From an uncultured bacterium (GTDB taxonomy: Bacteria > UBA8481), in contig CAZCME010000024.1 in the NCBI GenBank assembly GCA_964499705.1, forward strand, positions 1-64,000: a stretch of 64,000 nucleotides of DNA, read 5' to 3'. Each line of letters opens with the position of its first letter. Position 1 is the first letter of the stretch. Of the stretch, positions 38,519 to 49,063 are shown piece by piece. The notes under the pieces were generated by a model. The model was not told the origin of the DNA. It saw only the letters and a program-made list of their open reading frames with translations, and ran no database searches. A program made the translations under genes and the position numbers.

Positions 38519-39754
38519 TCAGGGAATTCGCCTCATCCTCATACCCACGTAGACCGTGAAGCTGACGACGCAGGCCGTCGCGTAAAAGGGAAGCGACGGT
38601 GAAAACCCGAAGAGAAATCCGCCCCATGTCGGACCGATGGCGCGTCCGAGACCGGAGAGTCCCTGGACCATTCCCATCGTGGCTCCGAGATGATCCTCGT
38701 CGGACTCCTTGGACACGAGGCTGTTCAAGGTCGGACCGTTGAAGCTCGATCCGACCGCGAGGAAGGAAAGAAAGATGGTGAGCGTGCGCGGCGAGACGGA
38801 GCAGGGGACCAGTAGAAGCCCCGCCGCCATCAGGATGCATCCGGCCAGGAATATCGACTCCTCCCTGAATCGTCGTGCGAGCGCCCGGATCAGTCCTCCC
38901 TGGATCATGACCGCGATGAAACCCATGATCACGTACTGGGTGCCGACCTGGGAGGGCGACATGCCGAGACGATCGCGGCTGAAGAGCGGGAACGCGCTGT
39001 AGAGACTGGAGTGCGCGAGGGAGAGGAGGAGCGCCGAGCCCGCCAACATCAGGAAATATTTCGAGCGGCCGGTCGAGAAGAGATTTCTCCAGAAGCGCGC
39101 GGAAAAAACTCCCGCTCTTTCGGACCCGGCCCCGGAAGTTCCCGGAACGCGCGATTCCGGGAGCCAGAAGAGGACGAGGAGAAAACTGACGAGCGACAGG
39201 AGCATCGCGAAGAGGCCGAGGATCGCGAAGCTGTGGGCGGCCAGCGCGGCGGAGGCGGCCGGAAAACCGGCGCTCCCGATGACCCGGTGAAATCCGGGAT
39301 GAATGAAGAGCGTGGCCAGCGACGGGCCGATGACGAACCCGATGCCGAACGCGGCGCCGAGGATCCCCATGCCCCGCGTTCTCTCCGCCGGACTCGTCAC
39401 ATCCGCGATGTAAGCCTGCGCCGTCGCGATATTGCCGCCCATGACTCCGGCGAGCATCCGGGAGAAGAAGAGAAGAGGGAGCGAGGACGAGAGCGCGAAG
39501 ATCAGGTAGCTGAAGGACGAGCCGAACGTGGAGACGAGCATGACGGGGCGGCGGCCTATCCGATCGGAGAGCGCGCCCCACAGGGGGGAGAAGAAGAGTT
39601 GTGAAAGGGAGTAGATGCTGTATAGAAAACCGATCATGATGGAGGACGCGTTGAACTTGTCCGCATAGAACGGCAGGAGCGGGAGGACGATTCCAAACCC
39701 CATCAAATCCATGAGTACGACGAAGAAAACAGCCATGAGCGATCTATTTTTCAT
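38519..39754 (-). CDS. MFS transporter, TetA/DHA1-like
   Basis: DLMGFGIVLPLLP, GALSDRIGRRPV motif A, AYIADVT, GFVIGP motif C. Confidence 0.92.
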   Translation of the reverse strand: MKNRSLMAVFFVVLMDLMGFGIVLPLLPFYADKFNASSIMIGFLYSIYSLSQLFFSPLWGALSDRIGRRPVMLVSTFGSSFSYLIFALSSSLPLLFFSRMLAGVMGGNIATAQAYIADVTSPAERTRGMGILGAAFGIGFVIGPSLATLFIHPGFHRVIGSAGFPAASAALAAHSFAILGLFAMLLSLVSFLLVLFWLPESRVPGTSGAGSERAGVFSARFWRNLFSTGRSKYFLMLAGSALLLSLAHSSLYSAFPLFSRDRLGMSPSQVGTQYVIMGFIAVMIQGGLIRALARRFREESIFLAGCILMAAGLLLVPCSVSPRTLTIFLSFLAVGSSFNGPTLNSLVSKESDEDHLGATMGMVQGLSGLGRAIGPTWGGFLFGFSPSLPFYATACVVSFTVYVGMRMRRIP

Positions 39755-39823
39755 GAGGGCGAGAGGATACAGGGAAACGCAGGGCCATGACTACAACGGC
39801 GGCCTGAATCCCAGGGGAAATGC

Positions 39824-40906
39824 ATGTCCTTGTTACCGTCAACTCGAAGGGCTAGCCTACCGGGCGGAGGCTTTCAGGTGGCTTGGAAATGGAAACTGAT
39901 TTTGATAGCAGGCGTGTTGCTCATTGTTGCCATACTCACTTCGTGGCCATTTCCTGATGAGCAGCCTCCCCCTCTAAGCTCGGTCGGAATTGTTGTCGCG
40001 GGACCGCGCACGTTCAGCGGCGATTGGGAACGGACTGTATATCCGGAGTTTCGCCGTTCCGATTTGAGAGTAGATGGGGCCAAGTATCAGTTGGGTTATG
40101 TTGAGTATGTTGTGGGGGAGGGTGCATTCGTTCGTAAAGACGACGTTGTAGCCCGCGTACGAATGGCCAGGCCGGGTTCTTCGGCTCTGGAATTGCTCGT
40201 TGATCTGCGCGAGTCCCGCTATACCGTGAAATCGACTCGCAGAACGATTGAACAGGAGACAAAAAAAGGCAGGGACACGAGGTCAATTGCGTTATGGGAA
40301 AAATCTCTGAGGCGCAGCGAAATATATCTTGCGGAGACTCAGTCGGCCATCAAAACGCGGCAAAGTGCGTTCGATCTCGTGATCCTGAGGGCGCCTTTCT
40401 CGGGGATCGTCAGCCGCGCCATCCGTAGCGACGAAGAAGTTGAGCCGAAGTATCCGGTTGTATTGCTGGAGGATTCGTCGACGATAATCTTGAGTGATTT
40501 TTTTCGTGATTCGGAATTGAAATTCATCGACACCACACTACCCGCGACCATAACGATTTCAGATATGCCGTCGGAGACCACCGTCGGCACGATTGTCGGC
40601 GTTGATCATAAAGGGGGACGCTTGACCGTGATTCCGAATCATCCCCTGCGAGGCCTGATCGGGGGATCTACTTTCAAAGTCAAATATAGAGCCGGTGATC
40701 GCCGGATTGCAGTTGCGATCCCGACGAATTCAGTTCAAGTCGAATTCATCTTTCCTGACGCCATGCTTCAGCGGGTTTGGATCGAACGCAATGGATCCGC
40801 TCAGAGTCAATTGGTCAAGGTCGGCATGCAGCACGAGGGCTGGAGCGAGATTCTATCGGGCGTTCAGGCAGGAGATCGGGTGATTATTCCGAACGGTCCG
40901 GAATAG
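39824..40906 (+). CDS. Efflux periplasmic adaptor (MacA/HlyD-like membrane fusion protein)
   Basis: N-terminal TM; VGEGAFVRKDDVVAR, LRAPFSGIV, AIPTNSV, VKVG......EILSGVQAGDRVI. Confidence 0.8.
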   Translation: MSLLPSTRRASLPGGGFQVAWKWKLILIAGVLLIVAILTSWPFPDEQPPPLSSVGIVVAGPRTFSGDWERTVYPEFRRSDLRVDGAKYQLGYVEYVVGEGAFVRKDDVVARVRMARPGSSALELLVDLRESRYTVKSTRRTIEQETKKGRDTRSIALWEKSLRRSEIYLAETQSAIKTRQSAFDLVILRAPFSGIVSRAIRSDEEVEPKYPVVLLEDSSTIILSDFFRDSELKFIDTTLPATITISDMPSETTVGTIVGVDHKGGRLTVIPNHPLRGLIGGSTFKVKYRAGDRRIAVAIPTNSVQVEFIFPDAMLQRVWIERNGSAQSQLVKVGMQHEGWSEILSGVQAGDRVIIPNGPE

Positions 40907-41220
40907 GATTTCCCACATGATATCGGCGGTCGACAGCCTTCGCCGACAAGGACATCGAGCCTCCCGAATATCAAGGATATCCGGAAATCAACCTGTGATC
41001 CCCCGCAGAAAAGATGCCCACATTTCCGCGGATTGGAAGCCACTGAGTTTCCAAGAAGGGAGAAGTGCCTATTCGTGGATCTTTCATCGGAGATGGATCT
41101 GCGCATATTTTTCCGCAGGGCGATGCGTGATATTTCATCCGATCACTGATAGCTCTGTGTCTCCCTGCTGGCTGCCGTCTTTGTTCGGCAACATTCGGCA
41201 ACACGGCCTGAATCCCACTA

Positions 41221-41248
41221 TTGACTTGTCTATGACGATTGCTACACT
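41221..41248 (+). promoter_or_regulatory. Candidate sigma-70 promoter of the nuo operon
   Basis: TTGACT-16-TACACT about 40 nt upstream of nuoA. Confidence 0.55.
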
Positions 41249-41289
41249 TCCTCGGTAATTTTTTCACGAACACATGAAGGAGTAGGATT

Positions 41290-41694
41290 TTGAGTCCTGA
41301 TGTCATTGCCTCGATCGTCTTTGGCGCGGTTGGATTTCTCTTCGTGCTCGCGAACCTGGGACTCTTCGGAAAAATTCTGCGTGGTTCCAATCCGAGCTAC
41401 GCCGCCAAGGAAATTCCGTACGAGTGCGGCGAGATCCCGGTGGGCGACGCGTGGAGCCGTTTCAATCCCCGCTTCTTCCTGCTGGCCATCGTCTTCGTCA
41501 TCTTCGACGTGGAAATCGCGTTTCTCTTTCCGTGGGGCGTCGCGTTCAAGGAGAGCGGTTCGTTCGCCTTCTTCGAGATGCTCGTCTTCCTCTTCATCCT
41601 GCTCGTCGGATATGTCTGGTTCTGGAAGATCGGCGAACTGCGCTGGATCCTGCCGAGGGAAACCGCGACGGAGCCGGTCGTGGGAGAGAAATAA
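41290..41694 (+). CDS. nuoA: Complex I subunit A
   Basis: PYECG, FVIFDVEIAFLFPW; AAGGAG + TTG start. Confidence 0.95.
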   Translation: MSPDVIASIVFGAVGFLFVLANLGLFGKILRGSNPSYAAKEIPYECGEIPVGDAWSRFNPRFFLLAIVFVIFDVEIAFLFPWGVAFKESGSFAFFEMLVFLFILLVGYVWFWKIGELRWILPRETATEPVVGEK

Positions 41695-42378
41695 GTGGCC
41701 GAGCTCTTGAAACCTGTGCCTGGTAAAGGTTCCATCGAGGAATACAACGACCTCGTCCGCACGCTCCGCGATTCCGCCGCCTGCTATAGCGACCAGGTCG
41801 CCACGATGAATCTCGGTTCGATGCTGAGGCTCGCCGACTGGTGCATCTCCACGTCGCGCCTCAATTCCATCTGGCCCTTCTCCTTCGGTCTCGCCTGCTG
41901 CGCCATCGAGATGATGGCGACGGCCGCCTCGCGCTTCGACCTGGACCGTTTCGGAGCCGGCGTCTTTCGCGGTTCTCCGAGGCAGTCCGATCTCATGATC
42001 GTCGCGGGAACGGTGACGTACAAGATGGGCGAATGCATCCGGAGGCTCTGGCACCAGATGCCGGAGCCGAAATGGGTGATCGCGATGGGCGCCTGCGCGA
42101 CGAACGGCGGCCCGTACGATCCTCATGGATATCACGTGATGAAGGGCGTCGATCTCATCATCCCCGTCGACGTCTACACGCCGGGATGCCCCCCGCGGCC
42201 CGAATCGCTCATCGAGTCGCTCCTCGTTCTCCAGGACATGATCCGGTCCGGACGCGACCGGGAATGCCGCGCGGCCTGGGAAAAGGCCCATGCGAAGCAG
42301 ATCGCCGAATACCTCGAGAATGTCGAGCTTTCCGGCGTCGCCAACACGAAGACCATTACCGTGGGACGGGGCGCATGA
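41695..42378 (+). CDS. nuoB: Complex I subunit B
   Basis: [30 protein letters not shown]. Confidence 0.96.
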   Translation: MAELLKPVPGKGSIEEYNDLVRTLRDSAACYSDQVATMNLGSMLRLADWCISTSRLNSIWPFSFGLACCAIEMMATAASRFDLDRFGAGVFRGSPRQSDLMIVAGTVTYKMGECIRRLWHQMPEPKWVIAMGACATNGGPYDPHGYHVMKGVDLIIPVDVYTPGCPPRPESLIESLLVLQDMIRSGRDRECRAAWEKAHAKQIAEYLENVELSGVANTKTITVGRGA

Positions 42379-42998
42379 GCGCGGCCCTCTTCGATTCGCT
42401 GAAGGAAAAATTCGGCGACGCCACGATCGAATACGTCGAGACGGCGTCTCCGTACATCGCCGTCCAGGCCGATGCGATTCACAAGGTGGCGGCCTTTCTT
42501 CTCAAGGAGGGATTCGATCAGCTCATGTGTCTCTCCGGAGTCGACACGAAGACGATGAAGGCCGTCACGAAGCCGCTTCCGAAGGATGCTCCGAAGAGCA
42601 CGAAGCCCGACGTGCCGCCCGAGCAGATTCTCGTCGTCTATCATCTCTGCAGAACCTCGACCGGGGAAAAGATCGCGCTTCGCGTTTCGCTCGACCGCGA
42701 AGCGCCGTCAGTCCGCACGGTCTCCGACGTCTGGAAAGCGGCGAACTGGCATGAGCGCGAGGCATTCGACATGTACGGAATCGTCTTCGAGGGGCATCCG
42801 GACCTGACGCGAATCCTCTGTCCCGACGACTGGATCGGATACCCCCTTCGTAAGGACTACGTTTTTCCGACGATGTATCACGACGTCCCGCACGCGCGGA
42901 TGCCTTCGGGCGGCGAGCTTGCGGATCATCCCGAAGCGGCGATGAATCGCGACAACAAGCCGGAGGCCGCTCCGGCCGGGAAACCTCATGCCCATTAA
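42375..42998 (+). CDS. nuoC: Complex I subunit C
   Basis: [31 protein letters not shown]. Confidence 0.95.
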   Translation: MSAALFDSLKEKFGDATIEYVETASPYIAVQADAIHKVAAFLLKEGFDQLMCLSGVDTKTMKAVTKPLPKDAPKSTKPDVPPEQILVVYHLCRTSTGEKIALRVSLDREAPSVRTVSDVWKAANWHEREAFDMYGIVFEGHPDLTRILCPDDWIGYPLRKDYVFPTMYHDVPHARMPSGGELADHPEAAMNRDNKPEAAPAGKPHAH

Positions 42999-44100
42999 AG
43001 CCGACGAACTCGTCATCAACATGGGGCCGCAGCACCCCTCCACGCACGGCGTCCTTCGGCTTCTCTTGAAGACCGACGGCGAGATCGTGCGCGAGGCCAA
43101 ACCCGTCATCGGCTATCTCCATCGCTGCTTCGAGAAGAGCGCGGAGGGCGTGGCGTGGCAGGGTGTCGTTCCCTACGCGGACCGGATGGACTACGTCGGC
43201 GCGATCGCGAACGAGTGGCCCTTCTGCCTCGCCGTGGAGAAGCTCGCGAATCTGCCGGTCTCGGAGCGATCCGAGTACTGCCGCGTCATCTCCGCGGAAC
43301 TGCAGCGGATCGCCTCGCATTTCCTCGCCTTCGGCACGTACGGCATCGACCTCGGAGCCTTCACGCCGTTTCTGCACGCGATCCGCGACCGCGAGAAGGT
43401 GCTCGATATTCTCGAGCACATCACGGGCGCGCGGCTTCTCTACAACTACATCCGGCCCGGCGGAGTCATGGCCGACATCGACAAGCATGCGATCGAGATG
43501 ATCAAGCGCTTCATCGCCGACGTGCGGAAACGCCTCCCGGATTACCACCAGCTCCTGACGTTCAACAAGATCTTCATCGACCGCACCGCGGAAGTCGGCA
43601 TCATCTCCCGCGAGGTCGCGATGACCTACCACATCACCGGCCCGAATCTCCGCGCGACCGGCCTCGCGTGGGATCTCCGCAGGAACGACCCCTACGGCAT
43701 CTACGACCGGTTCGATTTCAAGGTCGCCGTGGGCACAGGGGAGCGCGGCGTTCTCGGCGATTGCTGGAACCGCTACATCGTCCGCCTCATCGAGATCGAG
43801 GAATCCCTGAGGATTCTCGACCAGGCGATCAGCAAGCTGCCCGCGGGCCCGATCTCCATGACACCGAAGAACCTGAAGGCGCCTCCCGGCGAGATCTACT
43901 CCCGCTGCGAAGGACCGCGCGGCGAGATCGGCTATTATGTCATCGCCGACGGCCTGATGCAGCCCTTCCGCGTCAAGGCGAAGTCGCCCTCGTTCTGCAA
44001 TCTCTCCGGCTTCGAGGAATACACGCGCGATATGCTCATCTCCGACATCATCGCCACGCTCGGTTCCATCGATATCGTCCTCGGAGAAATCGACCGATGA
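42988..44100 (+). CDS. nuoD: Complex I subunit D
   Basis: NMGPQHPSTHGVLR, GYLHR, RMDY, EGPRGE, DIVLGEIDR; no NiFe CxxC motifs. Confidence 0.96.
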   Translation: MPIKADELVINMGPQHPSTHGVLRLLLKTDGEIVREAKPVIGYLHRCFEKSAEGVAWQGVVPYADRMDYVGAIANEWPFCLAVEKLANLPVSERSEYCRVISAELQRIASHFLAFGTYGIDLGAFTPFLHAIRDREKVLDILEHITGARLLYNYIRPGGVMADIDKHAIEMIKRFIADVRKRLPDYHQLLTFNKIFIDRTAEVGIISREVAMTYHITGPNLRATGLAWDLRRNDPYGIYDRFDFKVAVGTGERGVLGDCWNRYIVRLIEIEESLRILDQAISKLPAGPISMTPKNLKAPPGEIYSRCEGPRGEIGYYVIADGLMQPFRVKAKSPSFCNLSGFEEYTRDMLISDIIATLGSIDIVLGEIDR

Positions 44101-45373
44101 ACACGATCGATTTCGAACCGCTCATCTACGCCCTCCTGAACCCGTACGTCGGCTCCGGACTCGCCATCGTCATCTATGCGCTCGCCATGGCGGGAGTCGT
44201 GATCGGCATCGTCTCCGGCTACGCCGCGATCGCGGTCTACGCGGAGAGAAAGCTTTCCGCCGTCATCCAGTGCCGGCTCGGGCCCATGGAAGTCGGACCG
44301 GAGATCGAGATCAAGATCGGCGGACGGACGATCCTTCCGAAGGGCTGGTACGGGCTCGGCACCCTGATCAGCGACGCCGTCAAGCTCCTCGCGAAGGAAG
44401 ACATCATCCCGCGCCAGGCCGATCAGCTCCTCTTCCGCCTCGCTCCCTACGTGGTCTTCGCCTCGACGATGGCCGCGTTCTCCATCATCCCCTTCGGCGC
44501 GTTCCTCGCGCCCTCCTCCATCGACGGCGGCATCCTCTTTCTCCTGGCCGCTTCCTCCGTCGGCGTCCTCGGCCTCGTCATGGGCGGTTACGCCTCCAAC
44601 AACAAGTGGTCCTTGTACGGCGCGATGCGTTCCGTCGCGCAGGTCGTCAGCTACGAGGTTCCGATGGGCCTGGCGCTCCTCTCCGTCGTCATCACCGTCG
44701 GTTCCCTGGACATGCGCGAAATCTCCGATGCCCAGTCGGGTTGGATCTGGCACTGGCATGTCCTGAAGAACCCGTTTCTCCTCATCGCCTTCGTCGCCTA
44801 CTACATCTCCGCGCTCGCCGAAACAAACCGCGCTCCGTTCGACATCCCGGAGGCCGAATCCGAGCTCGTCTCTGGATACCACACGGAATATTCCGGCATG
44901 CGCTTCTCGATGTTCTTCCTCGCGGAGTATGCCAACATGCTGCTCGTTTCCCTCGTCGCATCGCTCTTCTTCCTCGGCGGCTACAACACGGGATTCGCGT
45001 TTCTCGATCGCGTCTTCATCCTGGGCCCCGTCGTCCTCATATCCAAGGCGACCGTTCTCGTGCTGGGCATGGTCTGGCTCCGCTGGACGCTCCCGCGCTA
45101 CCGCGTCGACCAGCTGATGAAGCTCTGCTGGAAGGGCCTTCTGCCCATCACGCTCTTCGCCTTTCTCGGCGCCGGCGTCGCCGTCTTCCAGGACAGTCTC
45201 GTGTACCGTTTGTTCTGGCGGGTCTGCATCGTCGTCCTGATCGGATTCTTCTANNNNNNNNNNNNNNNNNNNNNNNNNNNNNNNNNNNNNNNNNNNNNNN
45301 NNNNNNNNNNNNNNNNNNNNNNNNNNNNNNNNNNNNNNNNNNNNNNNNNNNNNGCGCAGGAGCGACCTCATGA
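44097..45373 (+). CDS. nuoH: Complex I subunit H (interrupted by an assembly gap; 3' end inferred)
   Basis: ERK, RLGP, SNNKWSLYGAMR, SYE, AETNRAPFDIPEAESELVSGY, TLPRYRVDQL. Confidence 0.93.
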
Positions 45374-46005
45374 CGCTCCGGTACGCCGCGGAGAAGAATC
45401 CTTCGGTCGTCTCCGAATGCATCACCGCCGTCGGCGAGCTCTGCACCGCTCTCCTGACCGCCGCGCAGGGCATGATGGTGACGGGGCGATATCTCGTCAA
45501 ACCCGACGAGATCGTGACGCTCCGGTATCCCCGGGAAAAGTTCGCGATCCTGAAGAACTACCGCGGCCGCCTCGTGAACGCCATGCCGCGCTGCATCATG
45601 TGCCGCCTCTGCGAAAAGGCCTGTCCGACGAACTGCATATCGATGGACGGCGAGACCGGAGCGGACAAGAAGAACATCATCCACTATTTCAACATCGACA
45701 TGACGATCTGCCTCTACTGCGGCCTCTGCACGGAAGCCTGCCCCGACACGACGAAGGATAAGGTGACGGGCGACAAGTGCCTGACGATGCAGGGCGGATA
45801 CGAATATTCGAGCGACCGCAAGGAAGCGCTCGGATTCTTCTTCAAGGCCTCAGATCAGGAACTGGCGCAGGGCCGGAAGATCGCCGAGGAACGCGCCGCG
45901 AAAGCCGCCGCCGAAAAAGCCGCCGCGGCCGCGGCCGCAGCAGCTGCGAAAGCCAAAGCTGCTGTTGCCTCATCGGCCCCGGTCATCGAAGTGCAGAAGC
46001 CATGA
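45370..46005 (+). CDS. nuoI: Complex I subunit I
   Basis: VTLRYP, CIMCRLCEKACP, CLYCGLCTEACP; Ala/Lys-rich tail. Confidence 0.9.
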   Translation: MTLRYAAEKNPSVVSECITAVGELCTALLTAAQGMMVTGRYLVKPDEIVTLRYPREKFAILKNYRGRLVNAMPRCIMCRLCEKACPTNCISMDGETGADKKNIIHYFNIDMTICLYCGLCTEACPDTTKDKVTGDKCLTMQGGYEYSSDRKEALGFFFKASDQELAQGRKIAEERAAKAAAEKAAAAAAAAAAKAKAAVASSAPVIEVQKP

Positions 46006-46006
46006 T

Positions 46007-46089
46007 TAACCACGAAGGCACGAAGACACAAAAAAAGGATTTTAAAAATATTTTTTGTATTTCTTCGTGTCTTAGTGTCTTCGTGGTTA
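46007..46089. repeat. Intergenic inverted repeat of 8-mer units (CACGAAGR) around an AT-rich spacer
   Basis: TAACCACGAAGGCACGAAGACACAAA ... TTCGTGTCTTAGTGTCTTCGTGGTTA. Confidence 0.85.
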
Positions 46090-46099
46090 GTAGGCCCGC

Positions 46100-46594
46100 A
46101 TGATCCTCTCCTTCGCTTTCTTCTCCTTCTTCGCGGCCGTCACGATCGGGTTCGGGATCGTGGTAGCCGTCGCGCGCGAGATCTTTCGAGCGGCGTTCGC
46201 GCTCCTTGGAACGCTCTGCGGGGTCGCGGGGATGATCGCGGTGATGGGAGCGCCGGCGGTCGCGGCGCTGCAGGTGCTCATCTACGTCGGCGGCGTCTTC
46301 GTGCTCTTTCTCTTCGCGATCCTCGTGACGGAACGGCCGAAGGAAACGATCTTCCGCCGAAGCACGGCGCTCACCATGTTCGCGGGCGTCGGCGCCTGCA
46401 TCATCGCCGCCGTCCTGGTCGTGGCCATGGCCTCCTCCTTTGAAACGCTGACGTACGCGGGCCAGATCACCGCGCGTGCGATGGGAACTTCGCTCATCTT
46501 CGACAATCTCCTCGTCTTCGAGGCGGTTTCGATCCTTCTCCTGGCGGGACTCGCGGCGGCCGTCATGGTGATCCGCAAGGAGCTTTCCGCGTGA
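46100..46594 (+). CDS. nuoJ: Complex I subunit J
   Basis: QVLIYVGGV.VLFLF, FEAVSILLL. Confidence 0.9.
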   Translation: MILSFAFFSFFAAVTIGFGIVVAVAREIFRAAFALLGTLCGVAGMIAVMGAPAVAALQVLIYVGGVFVLFLFAILVTERPKETIFRRSTALTMFAGVGACIIAAVLVVAMASSFETLTYAGQITARAMGTSLIFDNLLVFEAVSILLLAGLAAAVMVIRKELSA

Positions 46595-46893
46595 TCCCGA
46601 TGATCTATCCGCTCACCGTCGGCGCGATCCTTTTCGCGCTCGGGCTCTTCTGTCTCGCGGCGCATCGCTCCGCTGTCAGGATTCTCCTCGGTATCGAATT
46701 GATGCTGAATGCGTCGATCCTCAACTTCGTGGCCTTCGGCGCGCAGTATAACGATGTGGGCGGAGCGGTCTTCTCGATCGCGATCATGGCGGGAGCCGCC
46801 TCCGAGGCGGCGGTCGGGCTGGCCCTCGTGTTCGCGCTCTTCGCCATCAAGCGCCGGTCCGATGTCGAACTCTCCGACGAGCTGGCGCGATGA
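46591..46893 (+). CDS. nuoK: Complex I subunit K
   Basis: IELMLNA, AASEAAVGLA. Confidence 0.93.
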   Translation: MIPMIYPLTVGAILFALGLFCLAAHRSAVRILLGIELMLNASILNFVAFGAQYNDVGGAVFSIAIMAGAASEAAVGLALVFALFAIKRRSDVELSDELAR

Positions 46894-49019
46894 TCCTCGC
46901 CGCGATCATTCTCATTCCGCTCATCGCCAGCGTCCTGCAACTCTTCATCGCGAAGAGATTCCCGGCATGGACATGGATCACGGTCGGGGCCATCGGCGTC
47001 TCGTGGATTCTCTCCATGGCGCTCTTCGTTCCCGCTTTCTTCCTGGGCCGGCCGATCGCGGACCAGACCCTCACCATGACATGGGCGGAAACGGCGACTT
47101 CGCTGTGGCGGCTCGGGATCCGCGCCGACGGCCTGACGCTCTCCATGCTCTTCGTCGTCTCAACCTGCTCCTTGCTCATCCACATATTCTCGACCGGCTA
47201 CATGCACGGCAATCCGCTCTACACCCGGTTCTTCGCGTACATCAGCTTCTTCACATTCGCGATGCTGGGGCTCGTCGGTTCGGACAACTTCGTCTTCCTC
47301 TTCATCTGCTGGGAATTGATGGGGCTCTGCTCGTATCTGCTGATCGGTTTCTATTCCTGGTGCCCGGAATGCGGCTATGACCGCATCACGCCCTACAAGG
47401 CCGCGATCAAGGCGTTCCTGACGACGCGCGTCGGAGACGTCGGGCTCTTCATCGGCATCGGCATCTTCTACCATGGAACGGGCTCCCTGACGTTCCACGG
47501 CATCCAGACCGCGATCCACAATGGTGTCATGAGCCATTCCGCGATGCTCGTGGGCGCTCTCTTCATCCTCTCCGGCGCCATCGGCAAGTCCGCCCAGTTT
47601 CCGCTCCATGTCTGGCTTCCCGACGCCATGGAAGGTCCGTCGCCGGTTTCCGCGCTGATCCACGCCGCGACGATGGTCGCGGCCGGTATCTATCTCGTCG
47701 GCAGATCCATCATGTTCGATCTCTTCCCTCCCGGCGCGCTCTTCGTGACCGCGATGGTCGGCAGCTTCACCGCTTTCTTCGCGGCGACGATGGCGCTGCC
47801 GGCCTACGACTTCAAGAAGATCCTCGCCTACTCCACGATCTCCCAGCTCGGCTTCATGCTCGCCTCGCTCGGAGTCGGCGGCTGGACGCCCGGCTTCTTC
47901 CACCTGACGACGCACGCTTTCTTCAAGGCGCTTCTCTTCCTCGGTTCGGGCGCGGTTCTTCACGCCGTCCACACGCGCGACATGCGCGAAATGGGAGGCC
48001 TGAAGGCGATGCTCCCGATCACGTACTGGACCATGCTGATCGGCTCGCTCTCCCTGTCGGGCTTTCCCCTGCTCGCGGGATTCTTCTCCAAGGATGAAAT
48101 TCTCGCGTCGGCGCTCGTGTGGGGCATGAGTCATCACGACAAGCTGCATTACGTTCCCTTCGTCTTCCTGATCTGCGCGGCGGCCATGACGGCCTTCTAC
48201 ACGTTCCGGATGATGTTTCTCGTTTTCCACGGCGAGCCCGCGCATAAGGCGCACGGGCATCACGATGCGCATCATGATGCTCACGCGCAGGATCACGGCG
48301 ATCACGGGCATCACAACCACGAGCCCTTCTCCATGATGATGCCCCTCGTGGTGCTCGCCATCCTCGCGATCTTCGCGGGATACGGCTGGCTCGCCACGCC
48401 CTTCCATGATCTCGTGAAGCTCGAACCGCGAGAGACCCGCGTCGCCGCGGCGGATCACGCGGCAGCCGCGCCGCAGGAAAAGCCGGAGGTGGAGCACGCC
48501 CCCGCGGAACCCGCCGCGGGCGAAAGTGCACATGGCGACGATCATGAAGCGATGCATCACAAGGCTCACAACATCGCGATGGCCGCCTCGATCGTCGCGG
48601 GCCTCGGAGGCATCGGCCTCGCGATGATCCTCTATCTCTTCCGCATCCTGAGCCCCGAGCTCTTCCTCATCGGCCCCGGAAGGTGGATCCACGCGGTCCT
48701 TGTGAACCTCTACTGGATCGACGCTCTGTATCTCTCCCTGGTCGAAGTGATCCGCGACTGGGTGACGAAGATCCTGTATGCCTTCGACGACCTGGTGATC
48801 GACGGCATGGTGAACGCAACCGCGCCCGCGCTCATCGCGGCCACCCGCACCGCGGACTTCTTCGACATGCAGGGAGTCGACGGAGTCGTCAACGCGGTCG
48901 CGGATATCACCGCCGACAGCGGCAATAACCTGCGCCGCCTGCAGACGGGAAAGATCCAGGATTACGCGCTCGGAGCGATGGCGGCGATCTTGTTCTTCGT
49001 GTTGTGGGCGGCGATGTGA
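46890..49019 (+). CDS. nuoL: Complex I subunit L
   Basis: WELMGLCSYLLIGF, GKSAQFPLHVWLPDAMEGP, THAFFKALLF, LQTGKIQDY. Confidence 0.95.
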   Translation: MILAAIILIPLIASVLQLFIAKRFPAWTWITVGAIGVSWILSMALFVPAFFLGRPIADQTLTMTWAETATSLWRLGIRADGLTLSMLFVVSTCSLLIHIFSTGYMHGNPLYTRFFAYISFFTFAMLGLVGSDNFVFLFICWELMGLCSYLLIGFYSWCPECGYDRITPYKAAIKAFLTTRVGDVGLFIGIGIFYHGTGSLTFHGIQTAIHNGVMSHSAMLVGALFILSGAIGKSAQFPLHVWLPDAMEGPSPVSALIHAATMVAAGIYLVGRSIMFDLFPPGALFVTAMVGSFTAFFAATMALPAYDFKKILAYSTISQLGFMLASLGVGGWTPGFFHLTTHAFFKALLFLGSGAVLHAVHTRDMREMGGLKAMLPITYWTMLIGSLSLSGFPLLAGFFSKDEILASALVWGMSHHDKLHYVPFVFLICAAAMTAFYTFRMMFLVFHGEPAHKAHGHHDAHHDAHAQDHGDHGHHNHEPFSMMMPLVVLAILAIFAGYGWLATPFHDLVKLEPRETRVAAADHAAAAPQEKPEVEHAPAEPAAGESAHGDDHEAMHHKAHNIAMAASIVAGLGGIGLAMILYLFRILSPELFLIGPGRWIHAVLVNLYWIDALYLSLVEVIRDWVTKILYAFDDLVIDGMVNATAPALIAATRTADFFDMQGVDGVVNAVADITADSGNNLRRLQTGKIQDYALGAMAAILFFVLWAAM

Positions 49020-49063
49020 TGAAAAGCGATGTGAATATTCCAATCAAAAAGGTGGTGAGATAA

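Noticed and set aside
40907-41180. Riboswitch or ncRNA upstream of nuoA
   Set aside because: No recognisable aptamer, and it lies upstream of the predicted promoter; an Infernal search is needed
42988-44100. Group 4 NiFe hydrogenase large subunit
   Set aside because: No CxxC motifs at either end; NuoD quinone-site motifs are present
43155-45761. 868-aa ORF suggesting an extended or fused NuoH
   Set aside because: N-part is a shadow frame of nuoD and the C-part crosses the gap; nuoH starts at 44097
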